A DNA stretch of 63,967 bases, the filler included, from Octopus bimaculoides (taxonomy: Eukaryota): NCBI RefSeq assembly GCF_001194135.2. It is 10 parts of 10 records of this genome, joined end to end, with 100 filler letters (N's around TTAATTAATTAA, not from the genome) between each part and the next. Parts side by side here need not be neighbours in the genome. Positions count along the whole stretch, not along the records: positions 21,160 to 26,552 come from NC_068997.1; positions 26,653 to 31,241 come from NC_068983.1; positions 31,342 to 46,544 come from NC_068986.1; 7 more parts are not named here. One strand, given 5' to 3'. Below the pieces are notes generated by a model, which did not search any database, was not told the origin of the DNA, and saw nothing but the letters and a program-made list of their open reading frames with translations. This document shows, piece by piece, positions 26,388 through 38,849 of the stretch. How positions within the stretch are numbered: position 1 is the stretch's first letter; the number at the start of each line of letters is the position of its first letter. Both the position numbers and the translations under genes were made by a program.

Positions 26388-26430
26388 TCCAGCCTGAAGA
26401 AGTGCAATAACCCTGAAACTAGTCCCTGGA
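26388..26430 (+). ncRNA. Minimal type I hammerhead ribozyme motif
   Basis: TCCAGC-CTGAAGA-AGTGCAATAACCCT-GAA-ACTAGT-C|CCTGGA: core CUGAnGA and GAAA, palindromic stem III ACUAGU, GUC cleavage triplet (cut after 26424), stem I TCCAG/CTGGA. C.C mismatch next to the cut site and one U.C mismatch in stem II. Confidence 0.75.
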
Positions 26431-26652
26431 TGCTGACTTTGTTGGGTGGAGGTGCTTATTTCCCCTGTTTGAAAACTTAAGGACACAGAACGCTTATGTC
26501 GCGTAGCCAGCTAAATAACAGTAAACATTCTTCCCTTTCCTGGGACTACCACNNNNNNNNNNNNNNNNNNNNNNNNNNNNNNNNNNNNNNNNNNNNTTAA
26601 TTAATTAANNNNNNNNNNNNNNNNNNNNNNNNNNNNNNNNNNNNNNNNNNNN

Positions 26653-26687
<35 letters not shown>

Positions 26688-27054
26688 TATATATAGTGAT
26701 ATACATATATTTGCAGTAAATCACACTGTTGAAACGCATGTATTAATGTTTTAAACTATCCATTCGTTTATGTTTACTATATATATATATATATCTGTGT
26801 ATGTGTGTATTATATATATAATCATATATATCATTGTTCAGTTTTATTTCAAAATTTCTTGCCAATACAGAAAGAGTCGGTTTCTAACCTAGATTCAAGG
26901 TTCCTTCTTTAGAATTTTAACATCAACTACAAGACATTTTTGTTTGTTTGTATATGTGTATGGATGTATATTTATGTATATGTCCAGATTTGTACGTTTT
27001 GTTTTATGCATGCATTTTTATGCATATAGTTGCATATCTACACAACAATTTCAG

Positions 27055-27250
27055 TTATGGATTAGATCTGTAGTCATCAAATAAGCTTTCTCCTTTCTGT
27101 TTTGAGAAGCCTAATTTCTCAACATTAGTATTTAGGCAGTGGGTTACATAACCCAGCGCCCCAATAATTACAGGTATGAACCTGAACTTGTAATCTGGAT
27201 AGAGTAACTGCAGAATTCTCAATAGTTCAGCGTAAGTATTCCCTTTTTCA
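27055..27250 (-). mobile_element. RLE-type non-LTR 3' fragment, same family as 1740-2299
   Basis: YAELLRILQLLYPDYKFRFIPVIIGALGYV versus YGHLFRNLQLLYPDYEFIISPTKIGALGFV. Confidence 0.75.
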
Positions 27251-27619
27251 TGTACGTATGTATGTATGTATGTATGTATGTATGGATGGATGGATGGATG
27301 GATGGATATATCTACGTATATATTTATGTATGCATGCATGTATGTATGCATGCATGTATGTATGTGTGTATGTATGTATGCATGTATGTATGTATGTGTA
27401 TGCATGTTTGGACGGATGAATGCATGTANNNNNNNNNNGATGGATGGATGGATGGATGGATGGATGGATGGATGGATATATCTACGTATATATTTATGTA
27501 TGCATGCATGTATGTATGCATGTATGTATGTGTGTATGTATGTATGCATGTATGTATGTATGTGTATGCATGTTTGGACGGATGAATGCATGTATGTATG
27601 TATGTATGTATGTATGTAT

Positions 27620-29095
27620 GCTGTTATTGTTGTTGTTGGCATCCTTTTGTCTCGAGAGACAATGGAGTTGCGCATAAAATAATCCAGTCTGTTTTTTTTT
27701 TACATTTCATGTCATTTACATCTCCTGCTGTGGCTGTGTAGTCCTATCGTGGACAAACACTCCCTCTGGCAGGTGCCGCAAATATAGCGAACACTTTGCC
27801 TGGCTGGCTGTAATGTCACAGTTTCTTGTCGACGTCTTTTCTTGTCTTTCCGTTTCTCCCCTCTCCCTCTGTCACTCCTTTGTATTCCCTCTTCTATGGT
27901 CCGTCGCCAATCTCCACTGTTGCTGGCAACTGGTTCCGAGCTGCTAATATTGATGTCGCAGGCCTTCATGTCCCTTTTGCAAGCATCCTTGTACCGTAAG
28001 AACAGTCTTCCAACAGACGAAGTGCCCCTAGTAAGCTTCCCGTAGAGTATGTCCTTGGGGATTCTGTCATCTTCCATACGACTAACTTGTCCAAACCATC
28101 TCATACGTCTTTGTGTGAGGAGTGCAAACATACTTGGTATTCTTGCTTGCTTGAGGTCATCTTTGTTGGGGATACGATCCTACCATTTGATGCCAAGGAT
28201 TTTCAGGAGGCAGTGCAGGTGATATATATTTAGCCGACGCTCTTGGCGTGTGTATAGTGTCCATGTCTCATTGCTATACAGTAGAGTGCTAAGTACACAT
28301 GCCTGGTAAATCTTCATTTTTGTGGTCTGGGTCAGCTTATTGTTGTCCCGTTCCCGTTTGGAGAGTTGGGCCATCACAACAGCGGCCATGCCAAAGCGTA
28401 TATTGAGCTGAGCATAAAGGGATAGGTTGTAGGTGACGGTAGAGCCAAGATATGTAAACTTCTCCACCTCCTGTCGTCTGTGATCTCCGATATGTATGTT
28501 TGGGATGTCCGATGTAGCCTGACACATGATGTTGGTCTTTTTGAGGCTGATAAGTAGGCCAAAGTCTCTACATACCTGCTCAAAGCAGTTGATGAGACTT
28601 TGCAGGGCTTCTGAGTGTGATACCACAGCAGCAGCAGCAGCGAAGAGCATCTCATTGATCAGGAAGCTTCTGATTTTGGTCTTGGCATGCAGACGTGAGA
28701 GATTAAACAGTTTCCCGTCACTTCTACTGTGCAGAAACACTCCATCATCTGATGTCTCAAAGGCATGTGACAGCAGCAGCGAGAAGAAGATGCCAAATAA
28801 TGTAGGAGCAAGGACCCAACATTGCTTTACCCCATTCTTTATTTGGAAGGTGGCTGATGTTGAACCGTTGTGCTCTATGGTGCCTGCTTATAATCATGAA
28901 AAGATTTGATGATCCTCAACAGCTTTGGTGGACATCCGACTTTTTGAAGCAGGATGAAGAGGCCTTTTCTACATACCAAGTCAAAGGTGTTTGTCGGATC
29001 AATGAACGCCATATATAATGGCATTTTCTGCTCTCTGGACTTCTCCTAAAGTTGGCGTATGGAGAATATCATGGTATGTATACGATGAAGCTTCA
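27620..29095 (-). mobile_element. RTE/BovB-like LINE, RT and 3' end, decayed
   Basis: LAPTLFGIFFSLLL, DGKLFNLSRL, MLFAAAAA (former FADD), EKFTYLGS, LSTLLYSNETW, RRMRWFGQVSRM, C..CQREC.STIGLHSH; 3' hairpin TTGTCTC-GA-GAGACAA and (CAA)n-like tail. Confidence 0.88.
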
Positions 29096-29311
29096 TTTCT
29101 TTGTTGAACTGAGATAATTACTCGAGAGTTAATATCAAAGTTGCTGAATTATTCACAAATGGGTGTATCCCAAATGTAATTCTTAGACAGAATCAGCGTG
29201 ACAAAGTGTTCGATAAATTAATGCTTGAATTTCGGGTATAATCAATCTGTTGGACTCCTATATTATTTTCGTCAACCCATGTTCTCTCACAGGTATAGAA
29301 CACAGAGTCAT

Positions 29312-29349
<38 letters not shown>

Positions 29350-29689
29350 ACGCGTGCATATATGTATATNNNNNNNNNNNNNNNNNNNNNNNNNNNNNNN
29401 NNNNNNNNNNNNNNNNNNNNNNNNNNNNNNNNNNNNNNNNNNNNNNNNNNNNNNNNNNNNNNNNNNNNNNNNNNNNNNNNNNNNNNNNNNNNNNNNNNNN
29501 NNNNNNNNNNNNNNNNNNNNNNNNNNNNNNNNNNNNNNNNNNNNNNNNNNNNNNNNNNNNNNNNNNNNNNNNNNNNNNNNNNNNNNNNNNNNNNNNNNNN
29601 NNNNTATATATAAAAATTATGGGAACGCAACTTCATTTAGACAGAAGATCGTAAGAAAGCATCGTTCTATTACAATTTCCCCTATGGAT

Positions 29690-30860
29690 ACTAACCACAT
29701 GTCCGTAAACTGAGGAATTTGTAATAGCAACATCTTTCACTATACACCTCACCAGAATATATCAACTAACAATATACCCCAACCATCTACTGTTGAGAGC
29801 AGACCTCCACCACAATCGTCAATATAAACTTGACATTACCAGATGTTTTAAGTTTTATATATATATGACAAAAAAGGGGTGCGGTGTGTCCACGCAGGAA
29901 AAAATATAGGTAAATGTGTTGTTGAAAATGCACCTAAATTTCAAAAACCCGTAAAAGTTTAAAATACAATTATTTACATAACAACTTCTTCAATTTCAAC
30001 GAAAACAATTATAGACAAAATCGGGCACGGCGATGGGAACGAGGGTAGCGCCTACTTTTAGCCAACCTTGTCATGGCATACTTAGAAGTCGTAATATACG
30101 AACACACGAGATTGAAATTTGGAGACAACTTCCAGAAATACTTACTCACCAACTGGAAACACTACCTGGATGACTGTTTCATCCTGTGGCCACATAACTT
30201 TGAATAATTCTCAAAATTTAAAACTTTAATCAACCACAATATCCAGTCTACATTAACCACAGTATCCAGTCTACAATGGAATACAGCCACAATCAACTAC
30301 CCTTCCTGGACATCTTAATAATAAAGAGAGATACTTAAATTGAAACCGACATCTTCAAACCAACGGACTCAAAACAATATCTTCTATTCTCCTCTTGCCA
30401 CCCAAAACATACTAAAATAAATATACCGTTCAACATAGCGAGAAGAATTTGCACGATTGCATCAAATCCCGAAACCCTAGAAAAGCGACTCCAAGAACTT
30501 AAAAACACATTACTGAATAGAAAATACCCAACCAGTCTAATCAAAAATGGAATAGAACGTGCAAAAATGATAGACGTCCAAGAGTTACGGAAAACAAAAA
30601 AATACCATGACACACTTAAAACTCTATCTTACGTATCAACACACAATCCAAGAAACAGCACTAGAAACATAGGATTACTAAATGCAAAAGACAACGGTGA
30701 TCCTTAAAACAATTACTCACCAGCTCCAAATTACCCACCAAAAATACAACCCCACAAGTCGAAAAGTGCAACCGCCCTAACTGTGGAACTTGCACCTTCT
30801 TCTTAGAGGGCTCAACATACAAATTTTAGTCAGGTCAAAATTTTACCATAAAATATGACT
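29690..30860 (+). mobile_element. Penelope-like element (PLE) reverse transcriptase relic
   Basis: GTAMGTRVAPTF (30024-30059), HYLDDCFILW (YLDD 30163-30174), LPFLDILI, KPTDSKQYLLFSSCHPKHTKINIPFNIARRI, and Cys-rich CNRPNCGTC that precedes GIY-YIG in PLEs. Confidence 0.88.
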
Positions 30861-31341
30861 TCGACCCAATTCCCTTTAAATAAGGAAAACATACTAATTA
30901 AAAAAATATAAACCACAGCTGAATATCTTTTAGAAAGAAGAAAAAGCAGTAAAAAGAAAAGAAAAAAGACTCAATATAAACAAAAAAAAACAGGAACAAA
31001 CCAACCGAACAGAACGACAAGCTTGACCACGAAAAAAAAACGTTACCAGTATTTTAACTAATCAAAAGTCAGATCCGTTTGCGGTCCTTGTTTTTTTACT
31101 ATTTGCATTTCATACTTGTTTTTTTTTTTTGTTTCAGTATGACTTATTGACCACCACTAAAATTAATGAACTTTGTACATTCAAACAAATTGATATACAG
31201 TTTTAATTTTATTGACTGGTATAAACATTCAAACTTAATACNNNNNNNNNNNNNNNNNNNNNNNNNNNNNNNNNNNNNNNNNNNNTTAATTAATTAANNN
31301 NNNNNNNNNNNNNNNNNNNNNNNNNNNNNNNNNNNNNNNNN

Positions 31342-31372
<31 letters not shown>

Positions 31373-31519
31373 AAATGATTTACAAAAAAAATATCCACTG
31401 TTGGTTTATGGTCCCTCTTCCCCTCTGCTATATAAGGAAGTATTCATCTTTGTCATTGTCATCATCATCATTGCTATATATGGCCCTGTCACTTTTAGCT
31501 TCTTCATGTTTCATGAATA

Positions 31520-31945
31520 GAATTTTTGTTGTAAGTCTTCTTATAGATGAGAATGGCTCAGGATGGCTGTTGAAAAAGGAGGGCACAAGTAGTATGGCTA
31601 GTCACCTGTGACTCAGAGGCAAGTGAAGTGATAGTGATAATTTGATTAGCGATCATGCCAATTGTGTGATTCAATGATTGATGCTCAGAGACCAGACATT
31701 GTTATGGTTGATAAAATGATGAAGGAAATCGAGATCATTGATATTGCCATACTCTGGGATGCACGAGTGGGTGATAAAAAGAAAACTGTCATCCCAGTAG
31801 TTGTAGGGGCACTCAGATCATGAACAACCTTGTGTGAGAAATTCGGATTGACATGGGGGTAGAACATGCTCAGAAAACTGCTTTATTGGGGACAGTGACG
31901 ATTTTGACATTGGTGCTTTGAAAGAGACACTGTGAGACACCGTTG
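31520..31945 (+). mobile_element. R4/Dong-like RLE non-LTR relic
   Basis: PDIVMVDK..IEIIDIAI, VIPVVVGAL, QKTALLGTVTIL. Confidence 0.65.
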
Positions 31946-31961
31946 ACAACTGGTTACTCTT

Positions 31962-32365
31962 TACTTTCTCTTTAACTTGCTTCAGTCATTTGACTGCAGC
32001 CATGCTGGAGCACTTCCTTTAGTCGAGCAAATCGACCCCAGGACTTATTCTTTGTAAGCCTAGTACTTATTCTATTGGTCTCTTTTTGCTGAACCGCTAA
32101 GTTACGCGGACATAAACACACCAGCATCAGTTGTCAAGCAATGGTGGGGGGACAAACACAGACACACAGACACACGCACACATATATACATACACATATA
32201 TACGACGGGCTTCTTTCTGTTTCCGTCTACCAAATCCACTCACAAAGCTTTGGTCGGCCCTAGGCTATAGTAGAAGACACTTGCCCAAGGTGCCACGCAG
32301 TGGGACTGAACCCGGAACCATGTGGTTGTTAAGCAAGCTACTTACCACACAGCCACTTCTGCACC
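31962..32365 (-). mobile_element. SINE family A copy
   Basis: Reverse complement match over the whole length. Confidence 0.85.
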
Positions 32366-33499
32366 TGGTTGTTGTTTATTCTTAGAGAATTAACTGGAGC
32401 AAGTGAAATTGAGAACTCTGAGAAGTGAAATGGAAATAATAATAATAACAACAGCAGCAACAATCTTTGGTCCTCCAAGGTCATTTTGGTATACATGTCC
32501 ATCTAATGTTTTTGGCTGTAAATTTTAATCTGCCAAAAATACGACTTGTATGTCAAAAAATACACTGTTTTAACCAGTCACTTGGTTTCCACCTCTCTCT
32601 CTGTTTTATTGCAAAATTGTTATACCAGACTTTCTAAGCAGAGTTAATTGGTCTACCTTTAGTATCCTAATCAAGAGACCCTATTTCTCTCTGTCTCTGT
32701 CTGTCTGTCATATGTGCTTACAAAAAAAAAAAGAAAAGGAAAAAAAGTATGAATGAATCAAAACATACTATCCACTCCTCATTCTGGCCTCTTCACAGAT
32801 TTATGATGAAGAGCATTTACTTAGTGGCAATTCAAACTGAATTAATTCCGTAGTATACATTGGTACGTTTCATATTTAGAATGTCAATACATTCTGCAAC
32901 GTTGGTACACACGAGAGGTCACACACAGAAATTAATAGACCCCACCCTGTGTGTGAGTGTGTGATAGCGCATATATATATGAAAGCTGTTGACCATTTCT
33001 GTCAACAGGAAATTCATGATATTTAAATTAGTGGTTCATTGCAGATCATTAACTTAGGCCTTGCCTCCTTCATTTATAGTCAGTTTTGACCTTAGCTTTC
33101 GCTATTCTGTCTTTTCCTGATTCTTTGCTCTCTTCATAGAAATTGTTTATGTGTCTATATGTCTGTACTGTCTGTGCCTATGCTTTGTCTGCTTTTTTTT
33201 TTTTTTGCTTGTTTTATTTTGTTTCTCATACATTTCTTTTGTACTTTGATGGTGTCTGGGATTGATAACTTGAATCCTAAACACCCGCTTCCACAATTGT
33301 TCTTTGTCGATTGTTCTATTTGTTTTTTATGTCCATTTTTCTATGTTGGCACAAGTTTGATGAGTACTTGTATGAGGTAATATTTCTATAGACATGTGCC
33401 CTTCCTGTCTTTGGCTCTTAAGTTGTGTCATTCCATCAGTCTGAGAGTGCTGAGTTCTGTGATGTACTATTTACCATGAATGTAAATATAGCAACACAC

Positions 33500-33530
<31 letters not shown>

Positions 33531-34101
33531 ATCTCTCTTCATTATCATCACTTTATCGTCATCATTATGTCTGTTCTTCCATGCAAGCATGGTTTTGATG
33601 AAATGTTATTATGGCAGACACTCTGTAAAGTGGTTGGCGTTAGGAAGAGCATTGAATCAAAGAAACCATGCCAAAACAGACCTGGAGCCTCAACAGCCCT
33701 TCAGCTGGTTGGCTTCTCTCAAACCATCCAACCCATGCCAGCATGGAAAATGAATGTGATATTTTTTTTCATTTCACCAGTTATCACATAACTGTTGAAC
33801 TATGGAACATTTGCCCATGGTAGAATGTGAAACTGTATTGTGTTCTTTCACATAAGATGACGGTTAATACTGACATGCTGAATTGACTGAAACACACACA
33901 CGCAATGGTCTTCCTCACAGTTTCTCTCTGCCAGTTTCACCCACAGTTTATTGGTCAGCCTGTAGCAGAATACATTTTAGTTAAGGTGCTGCACATGATT
34001 GAAAAACAAACTTCTTAACCAAACAGCCATCTGTTTGCTGAGCTTCTAACTACCTGTTTGTTATAACATTTGGTACTGAACCATAGACTATTAACTGTGT
34101 G

Positions 34102-34136
<35 letters not shown>

Positions 34137-34327
34137 TCGAAACGCCTCGTTTAGAGTAGAGGCAGCTGATGAAGGAATAATTCCAAGTGGCTATTTGTTT
34201 TCCTATGTGTTCGTTCCGTTGTCTGTAGTTCATTTTTCTAACATCCTGTACCCGAATATGCATCTATATACACATGTAGATGTAAGTATGTAGATATATG
34301 TGTGTATACATGCTTAAATATCCTTTG

Positions 34328-34401
<74 letters not shown>

Positions 34402-34880
34402 TAAACTGGCACTCCATTGGTTACGGCAAAGAATAAGTCCTGGGGTTGATTTGCTCGACTAAAACTCTTTAAGACGGTACTCCAGCATGGCCACAGTCAA
34501 AATGACTGAAACAAGTAAAAGAATACAAGAATTAAAGGGTTATTTTGAGATATGAGATTATTATAAACAATCTGGAGAAGAAGAAAAAAAACGACTGAAA
34601 GACAGAGCATGACATCATAGCTCAGATAAATTTGGTTTGAGAATTGAACTAATAATATATGCATAAATTAAATTAAGAATACGTACAAAACAAATTCATA
34701 TTAGATTAAAACAAAATGTGTATTTCCTTTTGGGATGTTTACCAACAAAACAGGATGCACCAATAATTTTTCAGACAGGTCTTTCAGTACAATCGTTATC
34801 CCTTCTATCCTCTCCATGTACAAAATACCTAAAAACATCCTATATTTCATAAAAAAATATCTAACAGCATCTTATAAATA

Positions 34881-35442
34881 TGAGGGGGGGGGTGAAAAGT
34901 TCCTGGCTTTGGGTAAAAGAAAATACTGGAGGATTAGTTAATTGGGATTTTATTGAACATGGGTGCAGGAGTGGTTCAAGCCACATGGTTCCGGGTTCAG
35001 TCCCACTGCATAGCACCTTGGACAAGTGTCTTCTACCAAAGCCTTGGGAGTGGATTTGATAGACGGAAACTGAAAGAAGCCCGTCATGTGTATATATATA
35101 TATATATGTATGCATATGTTTGTTCCCCCAACATCGCTTGACAACCGATGCTGGTTTGTTTACGTCCCTGTAACTTAGCGGTTCGGCACAAGAGATCGAT
35201 AGAATAAGTACTAGGCTTACAAAGAATGGAGTCAATTTGCTCGACTAATGGCAGCGCTCCAGCATGGCCACAGTCAAATGACTGAAACAAGTAAAAGAAT
35301 ATTCCTCTCTCAGATTCACACACTCATTGCAGCAGTCCTTCAGTACTTCTAAACCCTGTAAAAAAAAAAACTTGGAAGGTTGGGCCTCCAACCAGGCCTT
35401 TTGTGATACTCTTAAAGCCAGGAATTTTTCAGCAGCCTCTCG
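34881..35442 (-). mobile_element. Non-autonomous mariner derivative interrupted by a SINE
   Basis: TIRs TGAGGGGGGGGGTGAAAAGTTCCTGGCTTT and (rc) CGAGAGGCTGCTGAAAAATTCCTGGCTTT, TA on both flanks. Inside, only the transposase C-terminus KAWLEAQPSKFFFLQGLEVLKDCCNECVNLREEY|VQ*. Confidence 0.8.
34961..35298 (+). mobile_element. SINE family A copy inserted in the mariner derivative
   Basis: Head and tail match family A; interrupts the transposase between Tyr and Val codons. Confidence 0.85.
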
Positions 35443-35853
35443 TATACTTATTCTTTCTTCCAACATAATTTTTTTCTTTTTGTTTACAAGTTGTACCAAA
35501 GTGGATATAAAAAAATATTCCTATAGCTAATATGAAATGCTAAATGGTATTAGTTGACTAATTGCAAGCTAAATTACTATGTTGGTGCACATAATTTTGC
35601 TTCAGATGGCTGCAAGCTAAAAAAATAAAATCACAGATAGAGATGACATGAGAACAGCTTATTCTAAATAGTAGCTACATGATACAAATATGGAGGCCTA
35701 ACAGAGACAAGTTCGTTTGTAATTGATAACACCTAGAGGAAAGTGAATCTTTTCCACTCACCAAAGTGAATGGAGCTTTGGTCAGATGGAACTGATGCCA
35801 TCCAGACAGTATCCAATGATCACTGGGTGTTTCAACCTTGAACTGTAAACAAC

Positions 35854-36075
35854 CTGGCAGAAACGTTAGCACGCCGGGCGAAATGCTTAGCGGTATTTCA
35901 TCTGCCGTTACATTCTGAGTTCAAATTCTGCCGAGGTCGACTTTGCCTTTCATCCTTTTGGGGTCGATAAATAAAGTACCAGTTACACACTGGGGTCGAT
36001 GTAATCAACTTAATCCCTTTATCTGTCCTTGTTTGTCCCCTCTATATTTAGCCCTTTGTGGGCAATAAAGAAATA
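35854..36075 (+). mobile_element. SINE family B (other copies about 960-1140 +, 15200-15345 -, 57437-57620 -, 60035-60620 - multiple)
   Basis: CTGGCAGAAACGTTAGCACGCCGGGCGAAATGC..GAGTTCAAATTC (B-box-like)..GGGGTCGATAAAT..GCCCTTTGTGGGCAATAAAGAAATA recurs at the listed sites. Confidence 0.75.
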
Positions 36076-37779
36076 TATATATGTATATATATGATCATCA
36101 AGTTCATTTCTCTTTATCTTTTTTTTTATTTCTGTTTTTCTCTTCTAAGTGAGTGTGCCACATTATGTTACAGTATTCATATGTCATTTAGTTTACAATT
36201 TACATTCTTTGAATGAAAAATAAATGCAAAACAACATAAAAAAGTAGATAGATTTTTCTACAGACTCCTTTCCTTTGCTGTCACACTACATAGTATATTT
36301 GGTTGTAAAAATATTTTGACACTTTACTCAAAAATTTACGAGTTTATTTTATGAAGAGGTGAGTTTATAACAAAGAGGTTTTCTAGAATAATACAAAATT
36401 GTCATTTAAATTCCCAGTCTGAAATAAACCAACACTTAATGTATATATAAACACTGAACTGTCTTTTTCTTTTACAAGTTTTTCTTTGTTTTATTATGTC
36501 ATCAAAAATAATTTATAATTTTGTCAGTAAGAATCTTGTTAATTAAATTAGTGGTAACCAGAAGATGAAGAAAGACAAAAAAAAAAGAAAGGGAATAATA
36601 AATTATGTTGAATTGAGACTGGTTATTTAAGTTCCAGTGTGAATTTGACAATTATTATTTTCTTCTGTAGTACTTTTTCGTCTGATTGTCAAATGATATA
36701 AAATAAACTATTTGCTTTTCACATTGTCAGTCTTGTTTATTACTTGTGGAGGGAAGATGGCAGCTACATCATCTGTCATTGTAGTTTTTAGCACTTGCTC
36801 TGAATACTTTCATATGGTTGGTCATAGCCATCATCAGATGACAAAAACGCCGGAGTTACCAACGTGCATCACAAGTTATAGTGTCCAATTAGTAACAGAC
36901 TTGTAGAGAACCGTTCTGCAAATGATCTGTCGAAATAGACTACTTGACTTGTCAGAATATTCTTCTGCACACAACATTACTCCCGTTTTTTATGCCAGCT
37001 TCTAACAACCATAACGAGGTCGTAATAAACAACAATATTAACATCGTAACTGGAAGCAACAGCGTAGCCTGTTAAGGCTACTCAATCATTCAGCAGTTTA
37101 TATTTATGTTCAGCAGAAGAAACTTGGTTATTTGGTCGTTCTTCCTCTCTTATTTAGTGTATGCTTATTGTCTAACCGCTCGTCTTCATTCTGTTAATCT
37201 TGCATCATCTGTCTTGCTAAAATAGAGATTTCACTTTTCTGGTGCCAATTTCAGCTTGTTTTAACCTTATTTATATTGCAGACTAGTTTAATTGGTGTAT
37301 TAACATCACTTGTCAGAAGGAAGCGATGAGATAAGCAAATGGATCTGTGTTCATTATTATTTTTTTTTTTTTTTTTTCCCCTTATCGGAATCTATGCGAA
37401 TGAAAATGGGGAATATAATAATTATTATGTTCTGAATGTTGTTCCAGCGTAATGTAATTTTGCTAAGGGTCTATAAGAATATACAGTGTGATTCATATAA
37501 TCTAATAACAACCAAAATCAGTTGAGGTCAGCTGAGCTTCTTAAATACTTGTCCAATTTCCCCCCACTCTCTCCTTCCTCCCACCTCTTCATCACAACCT
37601 TCACTCACCTTCCCACTGTATTCATTACCCTTTCCCCTAACCCCTGCCGAATTCCATGGCTCAGGTATTCCAGGATAGTTGCTCTCTTGTCTTGATCTCC
37701 ATATTGCCAACTAGCTGGACCATCTTGAGCAGTTGAACTCAGTTATCCCTAGACAATTCAACAGGATTATCATTTTATT

Positions 37780-37812
<33 letters not shown>

Positions 37813-37944
37813 GACAGTGGATTTTCTCTCAAATGTGTATGCATATATGCACACACGTGTATGTATATGCATGCATCAATATGTCTAAAGTGATTTTCCT
37901 GGTGATCCTGAACAATGTAGCAAAAGAGTATTGTTCTTTTGTTC

Positions 37945-38300
37945 CTTTACTTGTTTCAGCCATTAGACTGGCTATGCTGGAGCACCACCTTGCAGAATTT
38001 TAGTTGAACAAATTGACTCCAGTATTTTTTTAAGCCGGGTACTTTTTCCGTTGGCCTGTGTTACTGGACAGCAAAGTTATGGGGGCCATAAGCACATCAC
38101 CAGTTGTCAAATGGTGGTGGTGGTGGTGGATGAACACCACACACACACACACGTGTGATTGGCTTCTTTGAGTTTCTGTCAATTGAATTCACTCACAAGG
38201 GCTTCATCATCCCAGGGCTATAGTAGAAGACACTTGCCCAAGGTGCCATGCAATGGGACTGAATCTGGGAGCTATGCGGTTGAGAAGTAAACTTTTTGCC
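37945..38300 (-). mobile_element. Diverged SINE family A copy (other partial or diverged copies near 10448-10550, 33900-34030, 34430-34530, 54268-54745, 55945-56070, 57215-57435)
   Basis: Shared CTATAGTAGAAGACACTTGCCCAAGGTGCC and GCTGGAGCACCACC motifs. Confidence 0.7.
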
Positions 38301-38413
38301 TTATTTATGCCTAAAGATTTTTGTAACAAAAATAAAAAAAATTATTTGCAATTTGAATATTAAAGAGACTCCTGAATCACCTTGTATATATATGTATGTG
38401 GCCTTACATTTAG

Positions 38414-38461
<48 letters not shown>

Positions 38462-38849
38462 ACACACACACACTATGAATACCGGTTGAGCACTGATATC
38501 AATATAATCAACTTACCCCTTCCCCAAAATTTCTGGTCTTGTGCCAAAATTAGAAACCAATAATTATATATAAAATTTATTAATATTATTGGGTGAGCTC
38601 ACTTATTCATTTTATGCAATCTGAGTTCCCTGCTTTTTCTGAACACTTCAATCCTATATTCCAATCTAAACCTCTTTATTTAAAAAACAAAATTTTTTTT
38701 GCTTTTGTTCAGAATATTAAAGCAAGTTAACTATTAAACTTACAACACTTAATTCATAAATCAATATTCTGAGCTTTTTTCTATGTTTTATTATATGTAG
38801 TTCTGTGTAATTAAACAAATTAAGTTTAAAAAAATGTATATGTACATAC

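Larger units (their letters stand above)
26088..26552. mobile_element. Foldback element with inverted hammerhead-containing arms (Penelope-LTR/retrozyme-like)
   Basis: Arms 26088-26265 and 26388-26552 are high-identity reverse complements apart from a 22-nt and an 8-nt indel. Weaker symmetry continues inward to AATATATT centred at 26319/26320. Right arm is cut by an assembly gap. Confidence 0.75.

Noticed and set aside
27250-27620. Direct duplication across a 10-N gap (also 39840-39980)
   Set aside because: Typical unmerged contig overlap; the 39.9-kb copies are identical on both sides.
36795-36840. Minus-strand CTGATGA..GAAA hammerhead-like string
   Set aside because: Stem II is not adjacent to GAAA and no stem I pairing forms.
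36700-37100. Signal-peptide-like MLILLFITTSLWLLEAG and YDQPYESI on the minus strand
   Set aside because: In different frames, separated by several stops, with no splice signals joining them.
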